DNA of 64,000 nt from Hydrolagus affinis (GCA_012026655.1 JAAILG010000796.1:1-64000); one strand, 5' to 3'; counted from the stretch's first letter, positions 12,305 to 25,130 are shown. Numbers and translations are program-made. The notes: generated by a model from the letters alone, not told the origin.

Positions 12305-13561
12305 GTGAGTACCTCTTGAGATGTTCATTCATTTGCACATCATGTATATCAGTAAGAATTCTCAACAAGAGAAACAAGTGATTGGAATTCTGTAATTACA
12401 CAATTCTTGTTGAATGTTCTTTCAAACCATGCACTTTCCACCTATGATTCCATTTTCATGTTCTCTCCCCCAGATTGTAAACTTAACCTATATTCATAAT
12501 AATGTTAATTAAACAGCACATGAGGCAAAGCCTTGTATTATTGTACTTTTCCTAGCTCTGCTGTAAATTGTTCCCGAACTTTGTGAGTTCAGAGGCAGAT
12601 GGGGCAACTGTTAATGCTTTGTGCATTTGGAACGAGAAAAGCGTCAATCATTTATGTTTTAATGTACTGTATTTGTAAGTCTTTTGAATGGGGAGGATTT
12701 TTAAGTTGATGCCAAAACCCATAGGTGAGATTTTAGGTTTGCTGAACAGAAGATACCTTTTTGAGGTGCTGTGTAAACTTAATAGGTTGAGGCAGGGCTG
12801 TAATGAGGCTTGGATTCAGGTATTGAAGCATCAATCCACCCTCCCTTGTCTTAGGGCTTTGTCTCAGAAAGATTTCCTCTTGCATCACAGTTTTGTTCCT
12901 TCACCAGTGTGAGGTTACTCCCCACGGTCAGAATTAATGGCCTTCAAAGCCTCCGTGTAAATGCCCACTTAAGCTTCAAAGCCAAGGAAAGGACAATCAC
13001 TGCAGGCCTGTCTGAATGTTCTTTTTGTAGAATACGAGTCTTGTTGTTTAGGGGGCAAAATAAAGCTTTCTGTGAACACGTGAACAAGCCTTAAAATAAA
13101 GGCAATTCTGCACAATCTGTTGATCAAGAAAATTGCTTTCACTTTTCCCCCAAAATAATATTCCTGAGTTCTCTTCTGTACTTCCACCCTTGGAGGGAAA
13201 AAAGATCCCTGCAAAAGTTTGTGTTTGAAAAGTAGTATCACTCATTTACAAGTACAATTCAATTGCATTGCTGTACTATGAGCATCTGATATTGTTGTGC
13301 CCCGATGCACTGGTGGAGGGAGCTAACCATAGCTGAGTGCTGTGAGTGATGTCTTGTTGAAGCACAGTTACTGTTTTCCTTGACCTTCATTCTGAAATCT
13401 CATTGTCGTTGTGGAGGCTCAACAGCCAATGTTACATTCCGCACATCTAGGTTGGAAATTCCGCCTTGACTTTGCCCTTCAGGTTTCTTTTTGTCTTAGC
13501 ATTTAAGGTGAAGCAGAATTCTGAAATTATTGTTGTGCACTGACCAAATCAGAAAGGTTCT

Positions 13562-13880
13562 ATAATATTAATCCTTGCATTTTATATAGTGCCTTATCAC
13601 GTTATTGAGACGTCTCAACATGCTTCAGAGAATATAGTGTGAAGCGAAAGGCAAAATACAGCAAATTTTCCACAGCACTGTCCCAGTCATGGATTGAGGA
13701 ACCCAATTATTATTTATTCATTTATTTGTTTTTGGAGAGATTATTACCCCTGGAAAGTGAGCCACCAATTGACTAACAACCAGGTTCACTTACCGCTGGT
13801 AAACAGAGGCGTGTGGAATAAGGAAACATGCCTAAGATTTTGCCCCGCCCTGGAATCAAAGCCAGGTCCTCTTGCTTGTT
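13562..13880 (-). mobile_element. tRNA-derived SINE, long subfamily
   Basis: Reverse complement of the SINE body with an extra internal segment at ~13748-13808. Confidence 0.75.
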
Positions 13881-14904
13881 CTTATCCAGAACTGTGAAAA
13901 TCTATTTTCCAAATGAAGACTTGAAGAAATGTTGACAATCCTACACAATGTCAAATAGCCTCATAGGCAAAGATCAGTTGGCATTTTGGCTCCCAGTTAC
14001 TCAGTGGTTGAGGAAGTGCAGGGGATCATGTGGCCCAGATTGTGTCTGTTCTGTGGTATGTGAGGAGACCATGTGTTGGGGAAATAAGGACATATACACA
14101 GGTAAAGAGGAGTCGAACCTTATGTGAATCTTCTGCTTGTGAACCTTCAGCTGCTTCCCATTTCCAGATTTGTATTCAAATCAAGATGCTGATGTGCTCC
14201 TGTTTCTCCCCTTCGGTTTCCTCACCTGCTTTCAATCAACCTGCTGACTTAGCCTGAGGTAGCCTGGCTCATTTGCTAACACTCGTTTCTGGGCCAGAAG
14301 GTTGTGGGTTCCAGGTATGTGTCAGAATTTTAGTCTTAGATGTACACTCTGTTATTTTGTTGACTATGGCTCTGCTCCGCCCTATTACCCCAGGTTGGAC
14401 TCAGTGATGGGAACATCATTCATGTCAATGATCTTGTGCTGGCTCTGCCTATCTGTGATGGATGAAGAAAGCAGCCTCGGTGTTCTGTTACTGCAGTGGG
14501 AGGTACCTTTAGGATAAACTTTTATTGCCCGAAGTCTTCCACATCAGGTTTCGTTCTCAACTTTACTTCTGAAGCCTTGTCTTCTAAGCAAAATGAATGT
14601 AGTGAAGTGCATCCAGCATTGGTTTAAAAAAAAATCTCACTAGTTCAAAAATGCCATCCAGGAATACAGATGCTGTCTATCTCCACCCTCCCTTGTGGCT
14701 GCACTCGCTCTGGTGCCTGTGGCTGGTGTCAGTTCTTTGTGTGCAGTGTTGTGAAACTCCTGACTTTTCTGAGTTGTGGACTTGCTCTCTTCAAATATAG
14801 GGCTCCAGTTCAGAGGTAGGATTTTTCTCACGCAACCTTTGTAACATACAGGGGGGTGACTCGTAAAACACTTTCATGTTGAAACATTGAGCTGTTCTAC
14901 CTAA

Positions 14905-15230
14905 CAAACACATTTTAAAAATAATAATAATTTTGTGGGAACATTTGATTTTGACCAAGATAGTCCAGGATGGCAATCCAATGTAGTGCAGCATTGTTTA
15001 GACGAAGGCAGCAGCCAATTTCTACACGCATTCCCATTTGTCGTCCATCTGAACAGGGAGAAGGGAACTCAGTTTAGCATCTCATTCAAAGATTGACAAA
15101 CCCATCAATGCAGTGCTCTCCCATCACTGCCCTGGATTATCAGTTTGGATTATGTGAGTTCCAAGTTACAGTGCAGGGTTTGAATCCATAACCTCCTGAC
15201 CAGTGTGCTACCAACTGGGCCAGGGTGACA
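14905..15230 (-). mobile_element. DeuSINE-type SINE, degenerate
   Basis: Reverse complement of the tRNA head and Deu-type core seen at 41832. Confidence 0.6.
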
Positions 15231-16069
15231 ATGAAAGCCTTTGAATCTCAGTAATGCATCAAGCAAGCGCATTGTTCAAGTGACAGTAGTGATGTCTCAA
15301 TTGTGAAATCCACAAAGGGTTTGCCGGTGGTCGATTGCGAATGTGTTACAGCCGACCCTCAGCAACCTGCCCTGGACACCAATCTCCATCCTGTTAATGT
15401 GAAGCTGATGTCGGAATGGAGCTGTGGAGGCTCCGCTATGAGACCTCCAGCACAAGCTGTTCTTGTCATTTGCAACTCTTGTAATTTAGATTTCCTGCTG
15501 CTGTTCCTTCACCATGCCCCTCCCTCCATGTCTTCCAAACCTACATTAAGACCTCTCTCTTCAATCTTGATTTCAGCCTCCTTTCCCCTCTCTTTCTACT
15601 CCCTCCCCATCCTGCCCATGCTCCCAGTCCATTTTGTGAAACAAGTTGAGAAAGGCTCTCTCCAAATGTAAAAGTTGTCGCTGCAGTGAAAATTCCCTTT
15701 CAGGGCAGCCCTGAGTTTCAAGGCAATGTTCATACTTTGCTAGTTTCCTGACATGCGCTGAAGCTTGATTTACTGCTCTCCGCAGAGCACATTGCCAGTG
15801 GCTTTTTCTGTTTCCCTGGTCAGCATTCTGGTCACAACAGAATGGACATGAATTGATTGTTAAGGTCATTACTCAATAACTTTGCATCCATGCTTTCATG
15901 TTTCATCAGCCTGAGCAACTCTCAGTTTTCTGCAAATCACAATAGTTTGGATGTCATGAAGTTGGGCGCTGCATTGTCAGAGGTTGACACAAATGTTGAA
16001 ACAGGATCCCTGATGGATTGTCAAAAGATGCTCCATCAGAATTTGGAAAGAGAATAGAGTTTTTCACTT

Positions 16070-16095
16070 TCTCTCTCTCTCTCTCTCTCTCTCTC
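16070..16095. repeat. (CT)n microsatellite
   Basis: Seen directly. Confidence 0.95.
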
Positions 16096-16593
16096 AGTGA
16101 CTGGCCAAGAATTCCCCTCATAAAATTGGCCACTCACTTCATTGACAGTTTGTAGTACTTTTTGGCTGCCTATAAATACACAGTAACTACTTCACGGTAA
16201 ACCATTTTGAGATGTTTCTATGGTATGATCAGGCGCAATATTGAATGCGAGCAATATCATCAAAGCTTTATTTGGGAAGAACAGTGACCTAGCTTCTGAG
16301 CTCCAAACACAAGTTGAGCATCTGCTTGATCCTCTTTCAAAACCCAGTGTTTCTTTCATATTTAATAGAACAGCAAGATTGAGCCAGGCATGGCTAAGTA
16401 ATCCTCTTCTGTTATTCAACACTGTTTATTCTGTATTTATTTGTTTTACACTTTTATATTCCTTGCACTTTTCTTGCACATGCACATTTCCTGTGTTCTG
16501 TTTACAGCATACGTAAGGAACAATTTGTCCTTTCAGTGGAGAAAGTGCAACACAAAAGAGTATTATGTGCTTCGTCCCTGTTTGTATCAGAGA

Positions 16594-17196
16594 GAACATA
16601 AGGACATAAGAATTAGGAGCAGGAGTAGGCCATTTGGCCCCTTGAGCCTGCCCCGCCATTGGATAAGATCATGGCTGATCTTTTGACCTAACTCTAATTA
16701 CCTGCCCTATCCCCATATCCCCTAATCCCTCTATTTAAAAAAAAATCTATCAGTCTCAGACTTGAAAATGTTCAAGGACTGAGCATCTACAGCCTTCTGG
16801 GGTAGTGAATTCCATAGATTCACTACTCTCTGAGTGAAGAAATGTTTTCTCAACTCTGTTCCAAAAAGCTGACCCTTAATTTTAAGATTATGATCCCTGG
16901 TTATAGATTCTACTACTAGGGGAAACAGTCCCTCACTGTCTACTTTATCCAGCCCTTTAAGAATCTTATATGTTTCAATAAGATCTCCCCTAATTCTTCT
17001 GTACTCTAGAGAATACAGCCCTAGTTTATTCAACCTATCCTCATAGGTCTGTCCTCTCATCCCAGGAACTAACCTAGTGAATCTACGCTGCACTCCCTCT
17101 AAGGCAAGTATGTATTTTATTAAATAAGGAGACCAAAACTGCACACAATACTCTAGGTGCGGTCTCACCAAGGCCCTATACAGTTGCAGCAAGAAA
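16594..17196 (-). mobile_element. CR1 LINE 3' end (ORF2 C-terminus plus 3' UTR), 5'-truncated and relatively young
   Basis: ORF 16731..17234 LYRALVRPHLEYCVQFWSPY..LEGVQRRFTRL..RGDLIETYKIL..FFTQRVVNLWNSLP is an uninterrupted CR1 ORF2 C-terminus; tail ttcttatgtccttatgttc on the minus strand. Confidence 0.95.
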
Positions 17197-18114
17197 GCGT
17201 GATGCCAGTCAGTGTTATGGTTAGATTTGTACACATTTTCTGTGCAGAAGAAGACTGTTCAGCCCATTAACTCTGCACCGCTTGTCTGCTCCGACAACCG
17301 CTCAATAAAATTTAGCACTCCTCCCCAAAGTTTTTAAGCCCCCTTTTTCTGAATGTCCTGGGGTCTCAGCGACACTGTCTGTCTGATGTCACTTGGCGGC
17401 GTTCGAACCCCAGGTGATGAGCTTTCCCCTGTTTAGTCCAGGATTCTGAAGCCAAAGTTCAGGTCTCCCGTAAAGCACTGGGTGAGATAATCTTCCTTGG
17501 CACAGAGTGGATTTGGCTCATATGTACAGCAATTATCAAAGCCTTTCTTTCTCCAATTGAAAAGTTGACACTAACCAGTGACTAGTGTTATGCATGACCT
17601 GAACTATTTACACTAAAGTTTTGAACATTGCGTGTGTATCCAGACAAGATGCTTGTACGACTTTGATACAGAGCTGCTCTCATTGACTAATACCAGTACA
17701 ATGTGATCACATTCACCACACTGAGCCAATGTATGAAGGTCAGTTTTTGTCACAACTCAAACCTCCACAAGCAATTTATTTGACAGTGGAAATTGTCCTG
17801 TTGTGCCATTCTGGATCCCAAGCTGTAACTGAGCAGCTTTTACCAGGGCATCATTGTAATATGGGTTATTTCTAGATTAAGGACAAAACAAGAAAGTTCA
17901 GTTGGATAATAGTGTTGTCTAGCCACCACTGGCTCAGCCTCACTTGCTTCAACATGAAGAGTGTTGTGTGATTCCCACAGTTTGTGTTGAATTGGACGCA
18001 ATTTGAAGGTATTTCAGAAATGCCTGCGCTGTCCTCTTCACGACAAAGTAGAAATGATCAATAAAACTCTGTGTCAGGCCACTACCCTGACTGAAAGGCT
18101 CAAAATAAATGTCT

Positions 18115-19200
18115 GTTGTTGTTGTCATTCAGGTTGGTAGTGGGGGAAGGGGTGGGTGGGTGAGGGTCAGACCCACGTGGTTCTTTCATTCGCTTGCTTA
18201 CAATTCCAGTCATGACAAATGACAGGACCTGTGGATTATATCCTCTGTTTGATGGTAAGCCAGTGGAGTTGGGCGAGGATGGGGGTGATAGGGTCATGGA
18301 GCTTGATGCAGGAGATGACACGGGCTGCAGACTTTTGGGATCCTTTAGGGAATCTGACAAACAGAGTTTGTGTTGTCAAGCCTGGATGTGAGGGTTTTGG
18401 CGGTCTGCAGAGTGAGACCATGGCTATGTTGTGGAGGTAGGAAAAGGTGGAGCGGGTCATAATAATAATCCTTGTATTTGATTAATTAGTAGATTAAAAT
18501 GACCAATTTATTTTTGATTTTTTGAGGGATTATTATTAGGTATGTGGAGTAAGGAAACTTGCCCAAGGTTTCACCCTGCCTGGAATTGAACCCATGTCTC
18601 TCGCTTGTAAGGTGAGTGCTCTAACCACTGCAGGATCCCATGGATGTGGGGTATGAAGGACAGTTGAGGGTTGAAGAAGATTGTGAAGTTCCATATTGAC
18701 TCCATGAGATATAGAATGCATCAATGGAGGGAGATGCTTTCAGCATCAAAGTTATGGAGGCACATACAGGAGGACCTCAGTCTTGTTGACGTTCAATTGC
18801 AGAAAATTAGCTCTCATCCATGACTTGATGTCCGACAGGCAGTCTGTGAGGACAGCGGTGGTCCTGGAATCAAGGGTGGAGGCATAGAGTTATCCACATA
18901 GATGTCGAAGTTGACCTCATGTCTGCGAATGACGTCACCAAGAGGAATGTATAAATATTGAAAAGGAGAGGGTCAAGGACAAAGCTCTGAGAGACACCAT
19001 ATATAATGGTGCGGGTGCTGGAGGAGCAGCCATTAATGGCTACAAAGTGGAGTCAGTGGGAAGCCAAGTGCAGGCCTGGTTGATCTGAGAGGAGAGGCGG
19101 TTTTAGGAGGATAGAATGATCAAAAGTGTCAAAGGCAACAGAGAGGTCGAGGATAAAGATAGGAAAAAAAATGGGCGAGGTAGAAGGATTGAGGCAGCGA
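18115..19200 (-). mobile_element. L2 LINE fragment interrupted by a SINE
   Basis: Minus-strand peptides ITPILAQLHWL..KQRI and ILDLSVAFDTFDHSILL (L2 RT motif); SINE at 18461-18637. Confidence 0.8.
18461..18637 (-). mobile_element. tRNA-derived SINE with internal deletion, nested in L2
   Basis: Reverse complement has the tRNA-like head (agtggttagagcactcaccttacaagcgagag..gttcaattcc) and the (att)n tail. Confidence 0.8.
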
Positions 19201-20547
19201 GTTCTAGAGGTTACGTGCATGATACAAAAAAACAAGGATTCTTATTGAACTGTGTTTGGATAAACTTTGCATACACTCAGCCTACAGCCTCATCGCATCT
19301 GGCCACCCAAGTGGATCTCCACAGGGGACATTGGGAGAAATCTACGCTTGACTTCATTTTGTTGCCGCAGTGATCTGCAGACATTGAAGCCGAAATCTCT
19401 TGGCACGCCAGCCTTTTCTGAAGAGAATGTGCCATGTTTATCAGCGCTGGGCCACATACCTGCTGTTGGCTGCTTTTACTTGACTGGGACAATCATCAGA
19501 GTGAAAAATAGCAAATATTATGAGTGCGGAATTAGGGAGGCAAATGATACTTGATCTTTGTGTGTCTGGCACTGCATCCTGCATTGAGCACTGCATCCTG
19601 GGTTGAGCCCAGAACCTACTGCACAACATTTAATATTTGCTGAGGAAACGTAAGATGTTTCATAAGTCATTTCTATGATGTATTGACTATGTGTTTGCAG
19701 GCAATTGCGCACAAACAGCTATAAAGTTAATATTACTTCAATTCTAAACTGTGCGTCAAATGAGCCTTAAGATGTGTCTGGGCAGAGACTGCCATGAATT
19801 ATTGTTAAACCTCCTGTACTAATGTTGTCAATTTGCACCCTATTATTCCGGGACTCATGATTTAATCATTACTCTTGGCATCACTCAAAGTCAGCCAACA
19901 CTTTTGACTGAATCTATAGGATATCAGGACTGACTTTCTCTGGAGGTCCAGGCATGTGCTTTTCCAGTGCAGTGTTAGTTTTTAACTAGCCTGAGCTGTG
20001 CGGTAGCTGCTTTTGTGTTGTATTCCTTTCAGTCTCCAAGTAGGTGCAGTTTGTTTTAATTCAGTGGTACTCTTTCTCCTCTCGCCAAGATAACTGGCCA
20101 TTCAGCCTCTCTCTGCCTGTTAATGAATGCCCAGTCTTTCAAATGGGAAAGTCTTTCACAGTTGGGAAGCTCTTTCAGAACTTTACTCACATTATGGTGT
20201 GTGCACAATACATATCAGCAGTTGCTTGACTCCTATGATGTAGAAACGCACTTTGGAGCACTCGCTTCTTTGATGTGCTGCCTTAGCAGACCAGCGACAA
20301 GATTCCAGTGAGATTCTAACTCAGCTCCAATCTCTTTCACTCTTTCAGACTCTTACTGGAAGTATCATAAGGCCTTTTCCCAAGTCCTGGGCGTAACACT
20401 GACACCAGCAAAAAAAAATCCCAGGAAGTGTTAACTGTACCATAAAATGACAAGAATTGAAACCATTTAGTGAATGTTCAGAAGTGTGATTTTATTGTGG
20501 AAAAGTTAGTTCAATAAATGACGATCTTTGTGTTTGATATAGCAACT

Positions 20548-20856
20548 GAGCGTCCTGTAGCTCAGTGGTTAGAGCACTTCCCTTACAAGCGAGAGATCTG
20601 GATTTGATTCCAGGCAGTGCGAAACATTGGCAAAGTTTCCTTACTCCACACGCCTGATAATAATCCCTCAAAAAACAATAATAAATTGGTAATTTCAATC
20701 CATGATTGTTTGTGGGTCACTGCTGTATGCAATTTTCTGTCGTGTTTCACCCACAAATATACAATCAATTCATTTTACAACATATGTCTGCGCTTTGAGA
20801 TGTCTAGAAGGTCTAGAAAGTGCTATGTCAAATGCAAGTATTATTATTATTGTTAT
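20548..20856 (+). mobile_element. Full-length tRNA-derived SINE (short subfamily, L2-type tail)
   Basis: Box A tagctcagtgg, box B-like tttgattcc and an (att)n tail; similar to the copies at 31374, 40493 and 59451. Confidence 0.9.
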
Positions 20857-21444
20857 CACATCGAAGAAATCGCATCGTTATCACATTGCAATGACTGTAT
20901 ATTTGTAGGCCAGATTGAATTGATGGCTCACTTCGCCAGTTATTTCACCAGCTCAGAAAAATATGAGTAACACATTTTCCTTTTGAAGCCTCAACTTTGA
21001 TGAAGGCATATTAGAATTTGGGTCCCTAATGTAAGAAAACACTTCCTTTGATCTGAGCACAACAAGAATCAAAGCTCCCACTGTGTGAGGCAGACACTTG
21101 CTGCAGTGGGTCTCAACAAGCGAGATTCAGCTTCCTTATTCCCACCTGTTGTGTGAGGATCACATCTGACTCTTGGCCACCTGTACACAGAGTACCTGGT
21201 ACCAACCATTGCTACCTGGAGGACCACCACACGTTTATAGGCAGCACAGCTACATATCGTGTGGGGTGGTGGAGAGGTTGTATTAACCCTTTCAGTGCCA
21301 TTTACCTGCAGTCCCGTTACATTTGTCACCAAGATGAGCTACCACTTTGCCTAGATGGGCGTCTGGACCCCGTCCAGAAGTGGCCTACCGAACATTCGCG
21401 CTAGTCTAAATAAGTCTATCTTCAGTCAGTGGTGAGTTTCCATT

Positions 21445-21505
21445 TTTTCTTGATTGAATATTTCTTCATTTATGCTTTAAATCAAGAAATATTCAATCAA
21501 GAAAA
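21445..21505. repeat. Perfect 22-bp inverted repeat (hairpin)
   Basis: ttttcttgattgaatatttctt (21445-21466) pairs with aagaaatattcaatcaagaaaa (21484-21505). Confidence 0.9.
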
Positions 21506-22000
21506 TTTGTTATGTGAGCTGACCGAAAAGGTTGGCCACCACTGTTGTACTGAGCTCAAGAGAAAAAATTCTGTGAAGCGCTTTGAGCCGTTTTGACAAT
21601 GTAATAAGGTGTTGTATCAAATGTAAGGGTTTTGTTATTTTGAGAATAATAATTATCCATACATTTGATATATACTGTAGTAGTGCTTTTCACATTTTCT
21701 CAAATATACTGTAAAATTAACTGATTGCATATTTTGTGGGCGAAGCGTGACAGCCAATTGCACACAACAGTGTCCCACAAACAATCGTGGATTGAGTGAC
21801 CAAATTATTATTATTTTTTTCAAGTGAAGTCCTGTGGAACACAGTCGCATACAGTATTGATGAACCACCTGATTGATAAACAGCACGCTGTACTGTTTGC
21901 TGGATGGCGCGCTGGAAGTCGAGCCATCCAGTAAACAGTACAGCGTGCATCCGTCACTCTCATCCACAACAAGAAGGTGAAGATGTTGGAAGTGTTCCAC

Positions 22001-22323
22001 AGTGGGGAGCGATTGAAATCTGGGTCATGGTTGTTTCTCAAAGGCACCAGGTCCATAAAATGAAGGGATAACGTTTCTGAACCATTCCAAGTCAGTATTA
22101 CTGCCTGTCGATCAGCTACAGTTTGCTTTTAGTTGTTGAGAAGATTGTGGTATAATACATTCTAAATTATCCCTAAACTGCATGCAGCAGCTGCAATACC
22201 ATATTATCCATATTATCCAGGTGTTAATATTTGCTTAATGTGCAATGAAAATCAATTTTTTTTTGCTAATTTCAGCTTTGACCAGATTTTCTCTGCTCTG
22301 GTACCATGAATCAAATACCCATC
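22001..22323 (+). repeat. Donor segment of a local inverted duplication (copy at 23112-23426)
   Basis: Reverse complement of 23112-23426, with about four substitutions and an 8-nt indel (catattatc duplicated in the donor). Confidence 0.95.
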
Positions 22324-22702
22324 TTTTTCTCTTAATAAATGTACCAGCAATCGCAAATAATTGTTTTGGACATCATAGACCTTTTCTAAATGTGAGCAAA
22401 TTTTATGCTTTAAAGAACTTGATCTATTGCCATTTCTACGTTTTTAAAAAAACTGATTCAAACCTGATTTAAGTGCTTTGAGGCATCTAGAAGATGTAAA
22501 AAGCACAATATCAATTGCAAGGATTATTATTATTTACTTCACACTTGGCTTGTTAGGGAGATCTATAAAATACGTCACAGTATTCCACAGTACTTCACTT
22601 GACAATAATTGTCCTTGCATTTGACTTAACTACCTTATCACATTGTCAAAACATCTCAAAGTGCTTCACAGAATCATAGTTGTGCAGGTCTTCACCTAAG
22701 TA

Positions 22703-23738
22703 CAGTAGAAGCCCATTTATCTGGCACCTGCGGGACCTAGCCAATGCTGGTTAAAGCGCCTGCCGGATATTCGGGCGGCCCGCAGCCGAAAACCCACTAT
22801 AAAAAAATTAAAGTTCTTTTAACACACACCATACACACCAGACTAGGTAATAACAGATAATAACAGAATATTATATTGGTACTTATTGTTAAAACTACTC
22901 TCTTGCGCTTCTCACCTTCACTGGTTGAGGTTTACAATCCAGCGATTCTTTTTTAAATGGAGCCAAGCTGGTGAAAAAAATGGTAGCGCGATTTTAAAGT
23001 CGCTCGACTTTACAAGCGAGCCGAATCCCTAGACTCTACTAGCGGCAAACCAAAATACTGCACTTGCACGACAGTGTGAGTTATCGGCTTGCCGCTAGTA
23101 TGACTTTAAAGGATGGGTATTTGATTCATGGTACCAGAGCAGAGAAAATCTGGTCAAAGCTGAAATTAGCAAAACAAAATTGATTTTCATTGCACATTAA
23201 GCAAATATTAACACCTGGGATAATATGGTATTGCAGCTGCTGCATGCAGATTAGGGATAATTTAGAATGTATTATACCACAATCTTCTCAACAACTAAAA
23301 GCAAACTGTAGCTGATCGACAGGCAGTAATACTGATTTGGAATGGTTCAGAAACATTATCCCTTCATTTTATGGACCTGGTGCCTTTGAGAAACAACCAT
23401 GACCCAGATTTCAATCGCTCCCCACTTTAAAGTCATACTCTCTCTGTTTTTTTCACCCACTCCATTTTAAAAAGAATCGCTAGACTATAAACCTCAACCG
23501 CAGCATCAAGGCTTCAAGCGCAGCATCTACCAGCAAAGGTAAAAAGCGCAAGAGAGTAGTTTTAACAATAAGTACCAATACAATATTCCGTTATTATGTT
23601 ATTATTTATGCATTTACAAATGCTTCACTGCTATTGTTCCGGATAAGTTCCGGTTTATCGAATGGGGACTTTTTTTTTGGCGTGCCGGTTATACAGAAGT
23701 GCCGGTGCATCGAATCACAGATAAACGGGCATCTACTG
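22703..23738. mobile_element. pogo/Tigger-like foldback MITE carrying captured flanking DNA
   Basis: TA at 22701-22702 and 23739-23740. TIRs cagtagaagcccatttatctg / cagataaacgggcatctactg (19/21). Internal inverted arms 22867-22910/23544-23587 and 22923-22962/23460-23499. Confidence 0.9.
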
Positions 23739-23887
23739 TACTTACATCACTTGACCTACCTCCATGTGGAGGTGCTGCAGTGAATTAATTTCATGCCAGA
23801 TACAGTGGAACTCTGCATCTGGCATGAAATTTATCAGAGCCTCTGTTTAACTCCCATTTAAACTGCATACGTCTACTTAACAATAAA

Positions 23888-23920
<33 letters not shown>

Positions 23921-23924
23921 GTGT
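23888..23924. repeat. (TG)n microsatellite
   Basis: Seen directly, with one interruption. Confidence 0.95.
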
Positions 23925-24879
23925 TTGGAAAGGAGGCAGGTGAGTGGAACTTTAATGGCATGCCAAGATATCAGTGTAAGTGTCCAACATCACTTATACC
24001 CTGAGCTATGCAGACATCCTCAGTACAATGGCTTGTATGTTAATTGCTTGTTTTTAATGTAGCTCTTTGAATAGTGCAAATTTTGGTGTGAACAATTGGC
24101 TCTAAGCGTTCATTTTACAAAACAAAAGTCTGCAGAAAAAAAGCACCCAAACGTAATGCTTTTCTCACAAAAAACAGCAGGCACAATAACAAAACCAATC
24201 CTGTTTTGTGCCTTGATGCAGGCAGCTGAAAGCAGAGCAGATCTCTTTGAAGTGACCTGATCAGAACTCTTTGAGCGCTTTACGTTTTCAATGAGGGAAA
24301 AGAATGGAACTAGTTTGTTCTTGTGCGAGACATGAACAAAAGTATTAGAATGCCAATCAGACTTCTTGTAGGAAAATGCGTAGACGGATTTTATGATTTT
24401 ATCCACTTCTGTGGAATTGTCAACAAAATGATTGAAAAAAAAATGTCTGTTTCTGAATCAAGATGAATCACATTTCCCAATTCCTCTTTTGTTCTGCGTC
24501 CATGTCCCAGTTTCGCAGTCACGTTTTGCCAAGGAATGCTTTGTGTTTCTCACAGAGGAAAGGAAGTGCACCACAAGGATTCAGTGAGGACAGAACTGTA
24601 TTACCCATCAGGTTCACGTCTAGACCTAGCTTGAAAGAAGACAGACAATAATTAACCTTGTTGGTGAACCTCAAATGAAACGACAAGAGGCTAGAGCGTG
24701 AGTTCATTACCAAGAAACGTGCCTCAGCATTTCTTCGCTGGGAATTCTGTCTAACTGGTAGTTTTCCTGGCCCATGCAATTTTGGAAAATTCACGCTTAG
24801 AGGTTATTGGCACCAAATTCAATGGGGATCAGCCTCCCGACTTGAATGGCGCTCTATACATGTAATTTTGTTGTTGTTG

Positions 24880-25130
24880 CGTTGCTTCAGTTGCCAGCAC
24901 TCTTGCCTCTGATTCAAAAGGTTGTGGATTCAAGTCCCCACGTCGGGGCTTTGAACTCAGGATGTTAAACCATTGTCTCGACTGCCTGTCAAGTAGGATG
25001 TTAAAGATCCCGTAGCATTTTTCAAAAAGAGAAAAGAAGTTCTCCAAGCATTCTGGCCAACATCCCAACAAATAAAATTGGTCACTCACTTCCCCGCTCT
25101 TTGTGAGTTGTAGCTGCATGCAAACTGTGT
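24880..25130 (+). mobile_element. DeuSINE-type SINE, internally deleted
   Basis: tRNA head (aaggttgtggattcaagtcccca) and core gatgttaaagatcccgtagca. Confidence 0.7.

Noticed and set aside
16731-17234. 167-aa ORF as a host gene
   Set aside because: It is the CR1 ORF2 C-terminus followed by the CR1 3' UTR.
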